The notes under the pieces were generated by a model. The model did no database searches. It saw only the letters and a list, made by a program, of their open reading frames with translations, and was not told where the DNA came from. This document shows, piece after piece, positions 61,588-62,896 of a stretch of DNA of 62,896 bases. The stretch's first letter is position 1. Each line of letters begins with the position of its first letter. Source of the stretch: Candidatus Binatia bacterium (GTDB lineage: Bacteria > Desulfobacterota > Binatia > UTPRO1); contig JBGPOW010000002.1 of NCBI GenBank assembly GCA_041488235.1, forward strand, positions 1 to 62,896, given 5' to 3'. The translations under genes were made by a program, and so were the position numbers.

Positions 61588-62896
61588 AGCGCACGATGAG
61601 CGGGCACATGCTGCTCGACATCCTCGGTCTGATCGGCTCGCGCGCGATGCTGGTGGTCTTCGGTCTCGCGACCGGCATCATCACCGCGCGACTGCTCGGG
61701 CCGCATGACCGCGGTCTCTTCACGGTGCTGCTGCTCCTGCCGCAGACGCTGGTGAACTTCGCGAAAATGGGGGTGGCGCAAGCGAACGTCTACTACATCC
61801 GCCGCCGCGGCGCTTCGGTCTCGACGGTGGCGTCGAACTCGCTCGTGTTGTCATTGATCGTGAGCGCGGTCCTGATCGTGGTGTGCTACGTCGCGCGGCC
61901 GTGGGTCCTCGACCCCTTCACGAAAGGGGCGCGCGGCACCCTCGTCCTGCTCGCGCTCACCGCGATCCCGTTCGTGATGATCGAGAGCTATTTCCTTTCG
62001 ATCTTGCAGGCGGTCGAGAACTTTCGCGCGTACAACCTGCAGTCGATCTACAAGGCGGTGTTCAGCTTCCTCACGATCGCCGTCGCGCTTTTGGCGCTGC
62101 ACGGGCGGCTGTGGGCGGCGCTCTTCTCGCAGATCCTGGTCACCATCGGCGCGAACGTCTGGCTGCTCTACCAGGTGCGGCAGCTCGCGCCGTTCAGCCT
62201 CAAGTGGGACGGCGGTCTCGGGCGCGACACGTTGGAGTTCGGCATCAAGTCGTACTTTCAGACGCTCGCCGCGCACCTGCATTACCGAATCGACGTCTAC
62301 CTGATCGCCTACTTCCTCGATCCGGCGCAGGTGGCGTTCTACTCGATCGCGGTCAACATCACGAATCCCATTCTGCAAATCCCGGACGCGATCGGGACGG
62401 TGATCTTCCCCAAGCTCGCGGGATCCTCGGACGCCGACGCCCACGCGCGCACCGCCGTTACGTGTCGGCACACGCTCTTCGCGACGATCCTCGCCGCGCT
62501 CTTCTACGCCGGGATCGGCAGCCAGGCGCTGACGATCTTCTATGGCGATCGCTACGCGCCGGCGATCCGCCCGATGATCCTCATGCTGCCCGGCATCATC
62601 ATGATCTCGCTGTACCAGATCCTCACTCGCAACTTCACGAGCCGGAACCGGCAGCAGGTGAACATCGTCGCCGCCGGGATCGCGCTCGGCGTCAACTTCA
62701 CGTTGAACGTGATTCTCATCCCGCGCTACGGCATCTCCGGCGCGGCGGTCTCGACGGCGATCTCGTATACGCTCGCGGCGCTGCTCCTGCTGTTCGTGTT
62801 CGTCCGCGAGTCCGGCGGCAGCCTGCTCGGAACGGTGATGATCCGCTCGACCGATCTCGCCAGCTATCCGCGCATGATCGCGGCGGCCGGCGACCA
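61584..62896 (+). CDS. Wzx-type polysaccharide flippase (MOP superfamily), 3'-truncated by the window edge
   Basis: Not in the ORF track because it is open-ended. GTG 61584 overlaps the upstream stop (ATG 61596 is an alternative). At least 12 TM helices with typical FGIKSY and FPKLA motifs. Confidence 0.8.
   Translation, partial: MKRTMSGHMLLDILGLIGSRAMLVVFGLATGIITARLLGPHDRGLFTVLLLLPQTLVNFAKMGVAQANVYYIRRRGASVSTVASNSLVLSLIVSAVLIVVCYVARPWVLDPFTKGARGTLVLLALTAIPFVMIESYFLSILQAVENFRAYNLQSIYKAVFSFLTIAVALLALHGRLWAALFSQILVTIGANVWLLYQVRQLAPFSLKWDGGLGRDTLEFGIKSYFQTLAAHLHYRIDVYLIAYFLDPAQVAFYSIAVNITNPILQIPDAIGTVIFPKLAGSSDADAHARTAVTCRHTLFATILAALFYAGIGSQALTIFYGDRYAPAIRPMILMLPGIIMISLYQILTRNFTSRNRQQVNIVAAGIALGVNFTLNVILIPRYGISGAAVSTAISYTLAALLLLFVFVRESGGSLLGTVMIRSTDLASYPRMIAAAGD

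Noticed and set aside
28051-62896. Search for an exosortase (EpsH/XrtA) and PEP-CTERM substrates inside the EPS locus
   Set aside because: None of the polytopic proteins shows exosortase-like features; they look like Wzy_C, GT-C or Wzx. No ORF ends with a PEP + TM + Arg-rich tail. Absence from the window does not mean absence from the genome.
1-62896. Scan for tRNA, rRNA, transposase, integrase, phage or toxin-antitoxin and defence-system genes
   Set aside because: No T-loop-like GGTTCGAATCC-type motifs occur in the intergenic regions. No rRNA-like stretches and no recognisable recombinase, nuclease or helicase ORFs were seen. The only horizontal-transfer hint is the compositional anomaly of the radical SAM gene.

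Overview
High-GC (about 68-70% by hand count) bacterial chromosomal window, densely coding. I found no rRNA, tRNA, CRISPR array, transposase or integrase. Lipobox lipoproteins, a Wza-type exporter and an MMPL transporter point to a Gram-negative envelope. Left third (1-27.9 kb): metabolic and housekeeping genes. These include a Mo-oxidoreductase, an SDR, an esterase, SixA, a MOSC protein, an ABC-F ATPase, a minus-strand string membrane protein-redoxin-eutBC-hydrolase-SMP30, a quinone oxidoreductase and NnrU. Embedded in it is an unusual island at 7.2-15.7 kb: two diverged paralogous receiver-histidine-kinase hybrids bracket a KAS II/ACP/DUF374-acyltransferase trio and a polytopic histidine kinase, with a convergent MMPL exporter. 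Right two thirds (28-62.9 kb): a very large surface-polysaccharide super-locus. It holds 3 GT4, GT2 and GT-C glycosyltransferases, 2 asparagine-synthase-type amidotransferases, 2 NodB deacetylases, 2 AlkP-family proteins, Wza, Wzz/GumC, a BY-kinase-like protein, 2 Wzy/O-antigen-ligase domains, a Wzx flippase, a pectate-lyase-like lipoprotein, methyltransferases and a radical SAM/SPASM enzyme. A regulatory core is embedded in this locus: two paralogous small coiled-coil proteins, one behind a consensus sigma54 promoter; a sensor-less soluble histidine kinase; an NtrC-type sigma54 activator; an ExeA-like AAA+/LysM protein; and a second sigma54 promoter driving a NusG paralog at the head of a roughly 18-kb, 14-gene operon that ends at a 27-bp perfect inverted repeat. 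Other notable items: a free-standing Hint (intein-like) domain protein, a two-copy ~77-nt double-hairpin element with compensatory stem changes, a phosphoglycosyl-transferase::Wzy fusion, a P-loop-degenerate BY-kinase, a His/Cys-rich PDZ lipoprotein, and a low-GC, Lys-rich radical SAM gene. All family assignments rest on motif recognition in the translated ORFs; no database search was possible.
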